Shown here: positions 54,528 to 64,000 of the stretch, piece by piece
How positions within the stretch are numbered: position 1 is the stretch's first letter
How the letters are laid out: every line of letters starts with the position of its first letter
DNA from: Spirochaetia bacterium
GTDB lineage: Bacteria; Spirochaetota; Spirochaetia; UBA9216
Direction: 5' to 3'
NCBI GenBank assembly: GCA_963675665.1
Contig: OY776510.1
Coordinates: forward strand, 427,815-491,814
Length of the DNA: 64,000 nt
Made by a program: the position numbers and the translations under genes
The notes under the pieces: model-generated
What the model saw: the letters and a program-made list of their open reading frames with translations, nothing else
Told to the model about the DNA's origin: nothing
Database searches by the model: none

Positions 54528-55810
54528 TCTGCTTCCTTCGCTGTATAAAGATGACAAGCCACGGTATGCCCTTCACTGTATTCAATGACTTCGGGTTTTA
54601 TCTGTTTACAGATATCCATAGCCTGCTCACATCTCGGGTGAAACCGGCATCCGGACGGAGGATGTACCAGATTAGGAACAATACCGGGTATAGTCGCCAG
54701 GGCCTCTTCCTGCTGAACTTTTGGAACTGATTTAAGAAGGGCTTTGGTGTACGGGTGCAACGGTTCATTGAAAAGAGTGGCGACCTTTGCCGTCTCACAT
54801 GTGTCGCCGGCGTACATTACAGTTACCCTGTCGCAGACCTCAGCCACGACGCCGAGATCATGGGTAATAAACAGTACTGATGAAATCTGAGTCTCTTTAA
54901 GCTTGTTGATAAGCTCAATTATCTGAGCTTGAATTGTTACGTCAAGATTGCTCGTCGGTTCATCCGCAATAAGCATCTTCGGATGACAGGCCAGCGCTAT
55001 TGCTATAACGATACGCTGCTGCATTCCGCCGGAAAGTTCATGGGGATAGGAACCGGCAATATTCTCAGGATTCGGAATTCCGAGGGCTTCAAGAAGTTCT
55101 ACAACCATTCTGTGAACTATCCGATCAACAGGCCTGTAATACCTGCGCAAAACAGGAACATGTTTTACAAACTGTACAAGACCATCGGATTTTCGGATCT
55201 TCTCCCTTTTTTTCTCAAGGGCATGTCTCTTTTTTATGTCTACTTTGTTATCAAGTTCTCCGATACCTACAATTTTAGCCTCAATCCGTTCCGCCCTGGT
55301 ATCATACCTTTTTCTGGCTTTCTGCTCGCGTTTCAGAAGACGGATCTGAAAGCCTTTCCACCCGCCGGGTGATCCGTCCTGTCCGCCCAGACTTTCAATG
55401 GCTTCCTGAAGAATTTCTTTCATACGATGCAGTCTGAAACTTTCACCCACCTGGTATTCAATTGAGAGGACCGGGTTAAGAGAAGTGCTTGCTTCCTGAA
55501 ATATCATGGATACTTCATTGCCCCGGATTCCCTCCATGTAGGATTCGCTCCGTTTTACTATATCTACAGCCTTTTGCCGGTCTTCTTCATTCAGAAAAAG
55601 AAGAATACGGCCGTCTTCTATCCTTCCCGGAGACTGAACAATCCTCATCAGTGATCTTACAGTTACGCTTTTCCCACAACCGGATTCACCGACAAGACCG
55701 TAGGTCTCTCCGTGTTTTACTTCTATGCTTACCCCGTTAAGGGCCTTTACAACACCTTCATAGGTGTAGAAATTAGTATATAATTTATCGGTTTGTGCTA
55801 TCTTTTCCAC
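54524..55810 (-). CDS. oppD: Oligopeptide ABC transporter ATP-binding protein OppD-like with about 100-aa basic insertion
   Basis: Walker A GESGCGKSVT, signature LSGGMQQR, Walker B, CRFHPRC tail. A charged insertion (…KREQKARKRYDTRAERIEAK…KKRHALEKKREKIRK…) lies between the Q-loop and the signature. Confidence 0.85.
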   Translation of the reverse strand: MEKIAQTDKLYTNFYTYEGVVKALNGVSIEVKHGETYGLVGESGCGKSVTVRSLMRIVQSPGRIEDGRILLFLNEEDRQKAVDIVKRSESYMEGIRGNEVSMIFQEASTSLNPVLSIEYQVGESFRLHRMKEILQEAIESLGGQDGSPGGWKGFQIRLLKREQKARKRYDTRAERIEAKIVGIGELDNKVDIKKRHALEKKREKIRKSDGLVQFVKHVPVLRRYYRPVDRIVHRMVVELLEALGIPNPENIAGSYPHELSGGMQQRIVIAIALACHPKMLIADEPTSNLDVTIQAQIIELINKLKETQISSVLFITHDLGVVAEVCDRVTVMYAGDTCETAKVATLFNEPLHPYTKALLKSVPKVQQEEALATIPGIVPNLVHPPSGCRFHPRCEQAMDICKQIKPEVIEYSEGHTVACHLYTAKEAE

Positions 55811-56760
55811 TATTTTCTCCGCATCTTCGGATCAAAAACGTCACGCGCCGCATCTCCGATAAGGTTCCAGCCGAGAACGAACATTGCTATAACAAAACCC
55901 GGCGTAAATACAACATACCAGTAGGCCAGCCGGTTATCCGGAGGGCCTACAATCCAGTCGCGGCACATTGAAACCATCTGGCCCCAGTCTGCATACCCGC
56001 TTTCGGCTCCCAGTCCGAGAAAGGAAAGTGCGGCCGCGGAAAGGACCGTTACACCTATACTCATTGAAGCAATAATAAGAACTGAATAGACTGCATTCGG
56101 AAGGATGTGAGTAGCAATTATCCTGAAACTCTTTGCTCCGCTCGCCTTTGCCGCAAGGATATAATCCTTGTCCCTGATTATCATGATTTCACTTCTGATA
56201 ATTCTGGTGTATTGCGGCCACCCGAGAATGATCATTACAATCATAATCGACTGCAACCCGCGTCCGATAGCAACAACCATTGCCATCGCAACAACCAGGA
56301 ACGGCAGAGAATAGAACATATCGGTAATACGCATTATCACTTCATCAACCCATCCGCCGAAGTAACCGGCAAGCGAACCCAGAATAACACCTACTATCAG
56401 GTTGGCAATGACAATAACAAAACTGAGCTTGAATACACTCCTTGTTCCCCAGACAATTCCGTACAGGATATCATACTGCTGTTCCATAGTTCCAAGCGGG
56501 TGCTCGGCGTTCGGAGGCGACGGGGCCGTCTGCCAGCCGTCATGGGGAATCTGGTATGGATCATGCGGATTCTCGGGCGGCGCCAGTACCGGCGCAAATA
56601 TAGCGACCAATACAAAAATTACAACAATCGTTGTACCGATTATCGTAAGCGGGTTTTTAAAAAACCTTTTAAACGAAAACAGAAATTCCTTGACCCGGGG
56701 ATGAGAGAAGAAGCCTTTGTCTTTTTTTTGTTTCATATCTACAGCATCTGTCATGATCAA
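55810..56760 (-). CDS. oppC: Oligopeptide ABC transporter permease OppC-like
   Basis: BPD_transp_1 permease with EAA-like loop. 1-nt overlap with oppD. Confidence 0.85.
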   Translation of the reverse strand: MIMTDAVDMKQKKDKGFFSHPRVKEFLFSFKRFFKNPLTIIGTTIVVIFVLVAIFAPVLAPPENPHDPYQIPHDGWQTAPSPPNAEHPLGTMEQQYDILYGIVWGTRSVFKLSFVIVIANLIVGVILGSLAGYFGGWVDEVIMRITDMFYSLPFLVVAMAMVVAIGRGLQSIMIVMIILGWPQYTRIIRSEIMIIRDKDYILAAKASGAKSFRIIATHILPNAVYSVLIIASMSIGVTVLSAAALSFLGLGAESGYADWGQMVSMCRDWIVGPPDNRLAYWYVVFTPGFVIAMFVLGWNLIGDAARDVFDPKMRRK

Positions 56761-56765
56761 TCTCC

Positions 56766-57800
56766 TCAGGTTAGCCTTATTCTCGGGTCGATATAGGCAT
56801 ATAGAATATCTATAATAAGATTAACCGTCGCAAAAACCAGGCCGAGAAAGAGTACGTTGAACATTATTGCCGGTACATCCAGCTGAGTAGCGGCACGGGC
56901 CATCCAGAGACCTATTCCTTTACGGTTGAATATAGTTTCTGTTATTACCATTCCGGCCATGGACGTCGCGAACATCTGACCCGAGATGGTTACAACCGGG
57001 ATAAGGGCGTTCCTGCGCGCGTGCGTTCTGTGAATAGTTTTTTTGTCGGCGCCCTTTGCAAGGGCTGTTCGTATGTAATCCTGCCCAAGCGCTTCAAGCA
57101 TGCTTGAACGCATGAGTCTGAGAATCAGCGCGGATTGCAGTATGACAAGATTAAATGTCGGGAGGATCAGATGATAAAAGCCGTCCCAGACTATATCCCA
57201 TCTGCCGTTAAGAATACCGTCGATTACTATCAATCCTGTTATACGATTCCATTCGGGGCTTGAAATAACATCCTTCCCCGCATCGGATATCTGTCCGGGT
57301 GGAAATATTCCGAGCAGACCGTAAAAAAGCATAAGCAGCATAAGACCGAGCCAGAACGTGGGCAGGGAATAGCCGATTACGGCAAAGACCCTCGTAAAAT
57401 GATCTATAGGCTTGTCCTTATGGACCGCGCCGATTGTCCCAAGCCATATTCCGACGATTATTATCAACGGCGTCGACAGCAGAACAAGCTCCAAAGTAAT
57501 TGGAAAATACTGTTTGAAACCGTCGATAACGTCGTTCTTTGCCGTCTCGGAATAACCGAAATCACCGTGAGCGATATTGTTTATCCAACGCACATATTGC
57601 ACCGGAGCCGGATCATTCATCCCGTATTTATTAATGAGCGTCTCCATTTGTGCCGGCGTTACTTTTTCACTTTTAACATAGATTGCAACCCTCTGCCCGG
57701 GCGGAATGATCATCATGATTATAAAAACCATAAGGGACACGCCGAATAGAACGAGGATCATAAGAAGAAGCCTACGAATTATGTAGTTTAGAAGATTCAC
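56766..57800 (-). CDS. oppB: Oligopeptide ABC transporter permease OppB-like
   Basis: Start set at GTG (VNLLNYIIRRLL…) with a GGAG RBS 7 nt upstream. The track ORF extends 35 codons further. Confidence 0.8.
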   Translation of the reverse strand: MNLLNYIIRRLLLMILVLFGVSLMVFIIMMIIPPGQRVAIYVKSEKVTPAQMETLINKYGMNDPAPVQYVRWINNIAHGDFGYSETAKNDVIDGFKQYFPITLELVLLSTPLIIIVGIWLGTIGAVHKDKPIDHFTRVFAVIGYSLPTFWLGLMLLMLFYGLLGIFPPGQISDAGKDVISSPEWNRITGLIVIDGILNGRWDIVWDGFYHLILPTFNLVILQSALILRLMRSSMLEALGQDYIRTALAKGADKKTIHRTHARRNALIPVVTISGQMFATSMAGMVITETIFNRKGIGLWMARAATQLDVPAIMFNVLFLGLVFATVNLIIDILYAYIDPRIRLT

Positions 57801-57966
57801 TGAATTTATCTCCGTATAAATTGTAATTAGATTGATTCTTTTAATTCTGCACGAAAAAGAAATTATCTCATACAGAAGTAAAAGAAGGGGTTCCAGCCGA
57901 TACAATTAAAAGAACGGCTGGAACCCCATATATTTCTATTTTTATATAAATGTCAAGACTCGAGTC

Positions 57967-59778
57967 CTATTCCTTTGTCAGGAACGGAAGCGCATCATAC
58001 GTATCTGATTGCATAGGATTGAAATAGTAACCCTTTACCCAGTCCTTCATATAGCGTCGTCTTAACATCTGCGTATTCATTATGCCCGGAGCATCTTCTA
58101 TCCAGATTTCCTGCAGCCTGTAGTAAGCAGCCTTTCTAACCTCGGGATCCAGTGATGCGGCGGCTTTTTCAATCAGTTTGTCTGCTTCAGGATTCGAGTA
58201 GCTGCACTGGTGTGCATAGTGGCCTTCGCTGTGCATGTAGGGGTTCACATAGTTGTCCGGATCCGGATAGTCGGGAGCCCAGCCGATGAAGAACATCGGC
58301 ATATTGGATGTTCTAACCATATTTACGTATTCGGCCCATTCTACACCGCGGACAGTAATTTTGAACTTGGGATTAAGTTTCATTACATTTTCAGCAAGAA
58401 GCTTTGCTCCGAACTGACGGTCGTCATTACCGTTATTGTAAAGAAGATCCATCTTGAAACCGACTTCCCAGAGTTTTCCGTCAAAGGCTTTTTTAAAGTA
58501 TTCTGTAGCCAGTTCAGGACTTGCTGCGGGTCGCTTTAAATCTGCTTTTTTATAAGCCAGGCCTGTTGCTACAGGAGTAACAGGATCCATTGCATAGCCG
58601 TTAAGGATATCATTAAGAAAAACACCTTCGTCCCATGCTGCTACAAAGGCCTTTCGTACATTATCGTCAGCAAAGAAATTCGGAGGAACACCTTCACCGT
58701 CGAGTTTGCCGGAGAAAATCAGGGGGTTGTCTACCGCTGCTATATCCTCATTAAAACCGAACCCGGAAACATCCAGAGAGGGAAGATCTTTATAGACGGT
58801 TATCCCGGCACTTTCAACTTCTTTATCCATATCCGGAAAATATGTGGCGTCAACCTGAACAATATCGGCATCACCCTGGATAAGCATGAGCTTTCTGGTC
58901 GACCATTCGTCTACAACCTTGTAGATACCCTTTTTAATTGCCGGTTTCGGTCCCCAGTAATCTTCATTCCTTGTTACTACAAGTTCAACACCCTTGTCCC
59001 ATCTGTCGAGTTTGTAAGGACCTGTTCCGCTTGCAATATCATAAAGGGGTTCTTTCCCTGCTTCGGGGTTATTGGCAGCTGCCATGCCGGCTTCAGTTCC
59101 ATCCCAGTCGCCGTTCTCAATACTAAATTGCTTGTCTACAATACCGGCCCATTTGCCGCCGAGTACTCCAAAGAAATACGGCACAGGATAAAGAAGGTTA
59201 AAAACAACATAATCACCGTCGACCTCAACAGCCTTGTCGATATCGGCAAAATCTACAACGATATTGCCGTCGCCATCCCTTGAGCCATAGAGTTCAGGAA
59301 TAAACAGCTGATACCAGATCCAGTTGGGGCCGGCATCCGGATCAAGGACCATATTTCTTTCGAAGGAATATTCAACGTCTTCCGGAGTCAAGGGATTACC
59401 GCTGTGGAACTTGATTCCTTTCTTTATCTTAAATCTGTAAGTTTTACCGTCATTGATTATTCCGCCGTTTTCAACAGTCGGTAATTCTTCTGCTAAAAGC
59501 GGCACAAATTCGCTTGTAGATTCGCCCTTGAATCCGACCAGAGTGTCATATAACTGCGACATATTAGTCCAGGAAGCATTATCATAGGCCTTACAAGGGT
59601 CAAGACTGTCGATAGTTCCGTAGGTTGCAAAAACAAGCGTGTCGGGATTTTTTATTTCCGCTGCCGCGGGAGCGGCTTCAGCTTCTTTCGCTTCAGCAGC
59701 TTTTTCTTCTTTTGCGCAGCCGGCGAATACGGTAAAAATCAGCGCGACCGCTACAAGCAGTAAGATTGCTTTTTTCAT
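57967..59778 (-). CDS. oppA: ABC transporter substrate-binding lipoprotein, family 5 (OppA/DppA-like)
   Basis: Lipobox LIFTVFAGC. SBP_bac_5 fold and length (603 aa). Confidence 0.85.
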   Translation of the reverse strand: MKKAILLLVAVALIFTVFAGCAKEEKAAEAKEAEAAPAAAEIKNPDTLVFATYGTIDSLDPCKAYDNASWTNMSQLYDTLVGFKGESTSEFVPLLAEELPTVENGGIINDGKTYRFKIKKGIKFHSGNPLTPEDVEYSFERNMVLDPDAGPNWIWYQLFIPELYGSRDGDGNIVVDFADIDKAVEVDGDYVVFNLLYPVPYFFGVLGGKWAGIVDKQFSIENGDWDGTEAGMAAANNPEAGKEPLYDIASGTGPYKLDRWDKGVELVVTRNEDYWGPKPAIKKGIYKVVDEWSTRKLMLIQGDADIVQVDATYFPDMDKEVESAGITVYKDLPSLDVSGFGFNEDIAAVDNPLIFSGKLDGEGVPPNFFADDNVRKAFVAAWDEGVFLNDILNGYAMDPVTPVATGLAYKKADLKRPAASPELATEYFKKAFDGKLWEVGFKMDLLYNNGNDDRQFGAKLLAENVMKLNPKFKITVRGVEWAEYVNMVRTSNMPMFFIGWAPDYPDPDNYVNPYMHSEGHYAHQCSYSNPEADKLIEKAAASLDPEVRKAAYYRLQEIWIEDAPGIMNTQMLRRRYMKDWVKGYYFNPMQSDTYDALPFLTKE

Positions 59779-59884
59779 GAAGTTCTCCTTTTAAAAGATT
59801 AAATATTTTACAATCTGTCAGTATATAGTATGTGAGCAACTTTGCCAACGATTATTTCCCGGTAGAGAGATTTACGCCGTTTTT

Positions 59885-61579
59885 TTATATTGATTCATCA
59901 ATTAATGCCCTGCAGGTTCTTCCGGCCATCTCCAGCGGAACCCTCCAAGACCGGCCTGTTCTGCGCTCATAAAACTCGGCATTGCCGTCCTGGAGCCCTT
60001 TTGTCGAAACGACAATCCGGTAAGGGATGCCAAGCAGATCATAGTCCTTGAATTTTACGCCTACAGATTCATGACGGTCGTCAAACAATACCTTTGAGCC
60101 GAGCTCCGCAGCCAGAGATTCTACGACATTCTTGACTCTGAACGATTTGCCTATTCCCATCAGGAAAAAACTGTAAGGAGCAATTCCCGGAGGCCAGATA
60201 ATTCCACGCTCATCATGATTGGACTCGACGATTGCAGTCATAAGCCTGCCGAGACCGATTCCGTATGAACCCATATGGGGATAAACTGTCTCGCCGTTCT
60301 CTTCGGCAAACGACAAACCTATCGATTTTGAGTAAAAATCGCCGAGCTTAAAGATATTGCCTACCTCGATAGCTTTTACCTCTTCAAGCTTTGTTCTGCA
60401 TCGCAGGCACTCATTATCCGCATGGATCCTTGCTATATCGCCTACAATACTGCTTTCGAAATCCCTTCCGAAATTCGCGTTCAGAATATGTACTTCCGGC
60501 TTGTCGGACCCGACAATAAGATTATCTGTTTCGGAGACGGAATCATCTACAACCAGCTTATATCCTGTTATCTCGTTTGACGGGAACAAAAACCCCGGGA
60601 CAAGCCCCTCAGCCCGGACTTCTTCCGGCGTTGCCGGGCCAATCACCGGTTCTTCCAGCAAACGCGACAGTTTTTCAAGACTTACCTCGTAATCACCCCT
60701 GCACACCACAAGAACCCAGCCTTTAAGGGTTTTATAAAGTGTTGTTACGGCTATCTTGTCAGCTGAAACTCCGAGATATTCCATCAGTTTTTCTTTTGTA
60801 TTGCAGCCCGGGGTTTCAATTTCTTCGGCCGGAAGAGGCATGGCAGCTTTTACATCCTTATGGCCTACAGCCACATCGATATTGGCAATATATCCGCAGG
60901 AAGGACATTTTATAATCCTGTTATCCCCCCAGTTGCACGGCATCAGGAATTCATAAGCCCTGTCCCCGCTCAGAGATCCTACAGCTGATTCCGCAGTGAT
61001 TATTCCGATTCCGCAACGTTCGAAAATGCTTCTGTATGCCTTGAAAACCCTGGGGAAAAAGTTGTTAAGATCAGTGTATGAACGATGGAAGGAATAGGCG
61101 TCCTTCATGGTAAACTCTTTTGCCCTGAAAAGTCCGCATCTTATTTTTTCCTCGTCCCTGAATTTTGTTTTAAACTGATAGAGGAATCTCGGGAAATCCC
61201 GGTAACTGTTAATTGATACCCTGGCAAGCTGTGTAATAGGTTCAAGATGGCTGGTCGACAAAACCAGATTGTGTCCCGACCGATCCTGAAACCCGATAAG
61301 TTCCTTTCCTATAAGCTGATCCCGGCCTGTTTTTTTCAGAAGGTTTCTGGGCACGACAAGAGGCAGATCCATTTCCTGGCCGCCCAGCGCGTCCATTTCA
61401 TCCCTGATTATCTCTTTCAGATTGTCCATAACACGCATGCCCATAGGCATAATTGAGAACAGTCCGGGACCCAGGCTGCGGACAAACCCGCCCCGAAGCA
61501 AAAGTGAATAACTTATCGATTTAGCTGTCCTGGGGTTGTGTCTTAAAGTATTATTACCGAATACCTGGGAATATTTCAT
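59885..61579 (-). CDS. proS: Proline--tRNA ligase (bacterial type with INS editing domain)
   Basis: Class II aaRS motifs 1-3 (…FRDE…, GYIAN…, GSYGIGLGRL). Central editing-domain insertion. C-terminal anticodon-binding domain. Confidence 0.9.
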   Translation of the reverse strand: MKYSQVFGNNTLRHNPRTAKSISYSLLLRGGFVRSLGPGLFSIMPMGMRVMDNLKEIIRDEMDALGGQEMDLPLVVPRNLLKKTGRDQLIGKELIGFQDRSGHNLVLSTSHLEPITQLARVSINSYRDFPRFLYQFKTKFRDEEKIRCGLFRAKEFTMKDAYSFHRSYTDLNNFFPRVFKAYRSIFERCGIGIITAESAVGSLSGDRAYEFLMPCNWGDNRIIKCPSCGYIANIDVAVGHKDVKAAMPLPAEEIETPGCNTKEKLMEYLGVSADKIAVTTLYKTLKGWVLVVCRGDYEVSLEKLSRLLEEPVIGPATPEEVRAEGLVPGFLFPSNEITGYKLVVDDSVSETDNLIVGSDKPEVHILNANFGRDFESSIVGDIARIHADNECLRCRTKLEEVKAIEVGNIFKLGDFYSKSIGLSFAEENGETVYPHMGSYGIGLGRLMTAIVESNHDERGIIWPPGIAPYSFFLMGIGKSFRVKNVVESLAAELGSKVLFDDRHESVGVKFKDYDLLGIPYRIVVSTKGLQDGNAEFYERRTGRSWRVPLEMAGRTCRALIDESI

Positions 61580-61753
61580 AAATCATTGATATTTTAATAC
61601 AATTTCCGGTTTTTTACATTAAAATAATATTTCTATGTGAAATAAAGTCCGCACGAAAAGCCTAATTGCTCTTTTAGTGGTCATTTAACCGCTCTAAACC
61701 TTGACATTTAAAGCAATTATCAGGATCCTATGGGTAACAACCATATGGAATAG

Positions 61754-63070
<1,317 letters not shown>

Positions 63071-63132
63071 TAACGTCTGATTCTGCTCGCCAACACACGG
63101 GCTCCCGGGATAATCCGGGGGCAATATATATA

Positions 63133-63165
63133 AGCCCGCACCGAACCTCGGTTTGCGGGCTTTTT
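63133..63165 (+). terminator. Rho-independent terminator after eno
   Basis: AGCCCGCA…TGCGGGCT stem followed by TTTTT. Confidence 0.7.
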
Positions 63166-63205
63166 AAGGTTGACTCAAAATACATGGGCGGCTAACATCG
63201 TAACA

Positions 63206-63826
63206 ATGAAAACACTATATTTTATCCGCCATGCTGAAAGCGAAGCAAACAAAAAAAGAATACTCGGCAGCAGGTTGCCTTCTCCGCTTACTGACGCCGG
63301 CAAACGTGATTCTGAAAGAATTGCTGCGGAACTGAAACAACTTGCCGACATCGACTGTATTGTTTCATCGCCTCTTAAAAGGGCCGTTCAGACGGCCGAA
63401 TCGTTCAGCGCCGTATTCAACCTTGATATCCGGCTGGACGACAGGATCACCGAGCATGAACTCGGGATATTCTCGGGCATGAGTTATGACGAGGTAAAAA
63501 CGCACCCCGATTACGAAAACGACACGCTTAAACGGTGGAACTGGCAGCCTGAAGGCGGCGAATCATATTCCATGATTGCAGACAGGGTTGTTGATTTTCT
63601 AAACGGTATAAATAACTATAAGGATGCCGAAAACATACTGGTTGTTACACATGCAGTGTCGCTGAGAATGATACTGGCGGCTCTTAAGAACACTCTGCCG
63701 GATTATCCGAAAGACTTTCCGAACAACGGGGAAATCCTTAAAGTCAGATTCTCCGGCCTCGGGAAGGTTTACGAAACCGAATCGATATTTCTCGGCAACA
63801 GCAGGGATTTCAACCACAATCCTTAA
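63206..63826 (+). CDS. Histidine phosphatase family protein (phosphoglycerate mutase-like)
   Basis: RHAES catalytic motif (LYFIRHAESEAN) and downstream H in VVTHAVS. Start moved to MKTLYF (the track ORF starts at a TTG inside the eno terminator). Confidence 0.75.
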   Translation: MKTLYFIRHAESEANKKRILGSRLPSPLTDAGKRDSERIAAELKQLADIDCIVSSPLKRAVQTAESFSAVFNLDIRLDDRITEHELGIFSGMSYDEVKTHPDYENDTLKRWNWQPEGGESYSMIADRVVDFLNGINNYKDAENILVVTHAVSLRMILAALKNTLPDYPKDFPNNGEILKVRFSGLGKVYETESIFLGNSRDFNHNP

Positions 63827-63916
63827 ATCAAATATACTATAATAAAACATTCCGCCCGAAACCGGTTTCCTGTTTTAATTTGACAATCCAATCGGCAAGT
63901 GGTAGATTTTTTTCAA

Positions 63917-64000
63917 TGATGAACCATCTGCTTTTCTGGGGTTATATTATTGCGGGAACCCTCGGGGTTTCCGTGATCATTATTTCCGCTTTTCTTTCCG
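63917..64000 (+). CDS. 5' fragment of a membrane protein gene (runs off window)
   Basis: ATG followed by a hydrophobic helix (MMNHLLFWGYIIAGTLGVSVIIISAFLS). Only 28 codons visible. Confidence 0.2.

Noticed and set aside
63170-63205. Track start (TTG) for the histidine-phosphatase gene inside the eno terminator.
   Set aside because: Initiation within a terminator hairpin is implausible. The ATG at 63206 gives the canonical RHAES N-terminus.

Overview
This 64 kb window is a gene-dense chromosomal segment from a Gram-negative, probably anaerobic bacterium. GC is roughly mid-40s %, many products are lipoproteins, TPR proteins are frequent and genes overlap in tight operons, so a spirochaete-like source is plausible but not provable from sequence alone. 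No CRISPR array, rRNA or tRNA was seen.

Housekeeping genes:
- radA, gdhA, ssb, ilvE, proS and eno.
- A glutathione peroxidase, cobO/btuR, ogt and thpR.

Transport and regulation:
- A complete oppABCDF peptide-uptake operon.
- feoA-feoA-feoB followed by a DtxR-family metalloregulator gene.
- A YtrA-type GntR regulator followed by an SPFH membrane protein, a MacB-like ABC ATPase, two FtsX permeases, a LolA-like protein and an outer-membrane-type protein.
- Two two-component systems, one with a sigma-54 NtrC-type regulator.
- PadR, two TetR regulators and their targets, with recognisable palindromic operators.

Mobile elements:
- An IS4-family element with perfect 15-bp terminal inverted repeats and a 9-bp target duplication, inserted exactly at the U-tract of the feoB terminator. 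Its transposase reading frame carries one internal in-frame TGA.
- An IS110-family element inserted between ssb and the first gene of the sigma-54 two-component operon. It has a structured 5' leader of about 420 nt that could encode a bridge-type guide RNA.

Most unusual region: a co-directional, translationally coupled gene array on the minus strand at 5203..14390, immediately downstream of gdhA.
- Its core is two adjacent paralogs carrying the PEP-synthase/PPDK-type ATP-grasp nucleotide-binding domain plus a shared C-terminal domain with the motif GRWGS.
- Neither paralog has the phosphohistidine swivel domain or a PEP/pyruvate TIM-barrel domain.
- The larger paralog carries an extra N-terminal sensor-like domain and a C-terminal Pol-beta-type nucleotidyltransferase domain.
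- They are followed by an overlapping metallophosphoesterase gene, then a GNAT acetyltransferase gene 20 bp downstream, then a periplasmic thiol-redox module.
- I regard this as a candidate undescribed nucleotide-transfer or small-molecule modification system.

Other notable items:
- A 1115-aa membrane protein with about 270 aa of near-identical, highly acidic 20/40-aa repeats (a 120-bp tandem DNA repeat) preceding a transmembrane helix and a large TPR domain.
- Five degenerate copies of a roughly 30-nt unit derived from the 3' end of a ychJ-like gene.
- Several candidate operators.

Coordinates of starts are from the ORF track, adjusted where a better start with an RBS was visible. One local inconsistency between my base counting and the track near 16590-16620 means some boundaries may be off by 1 nt.
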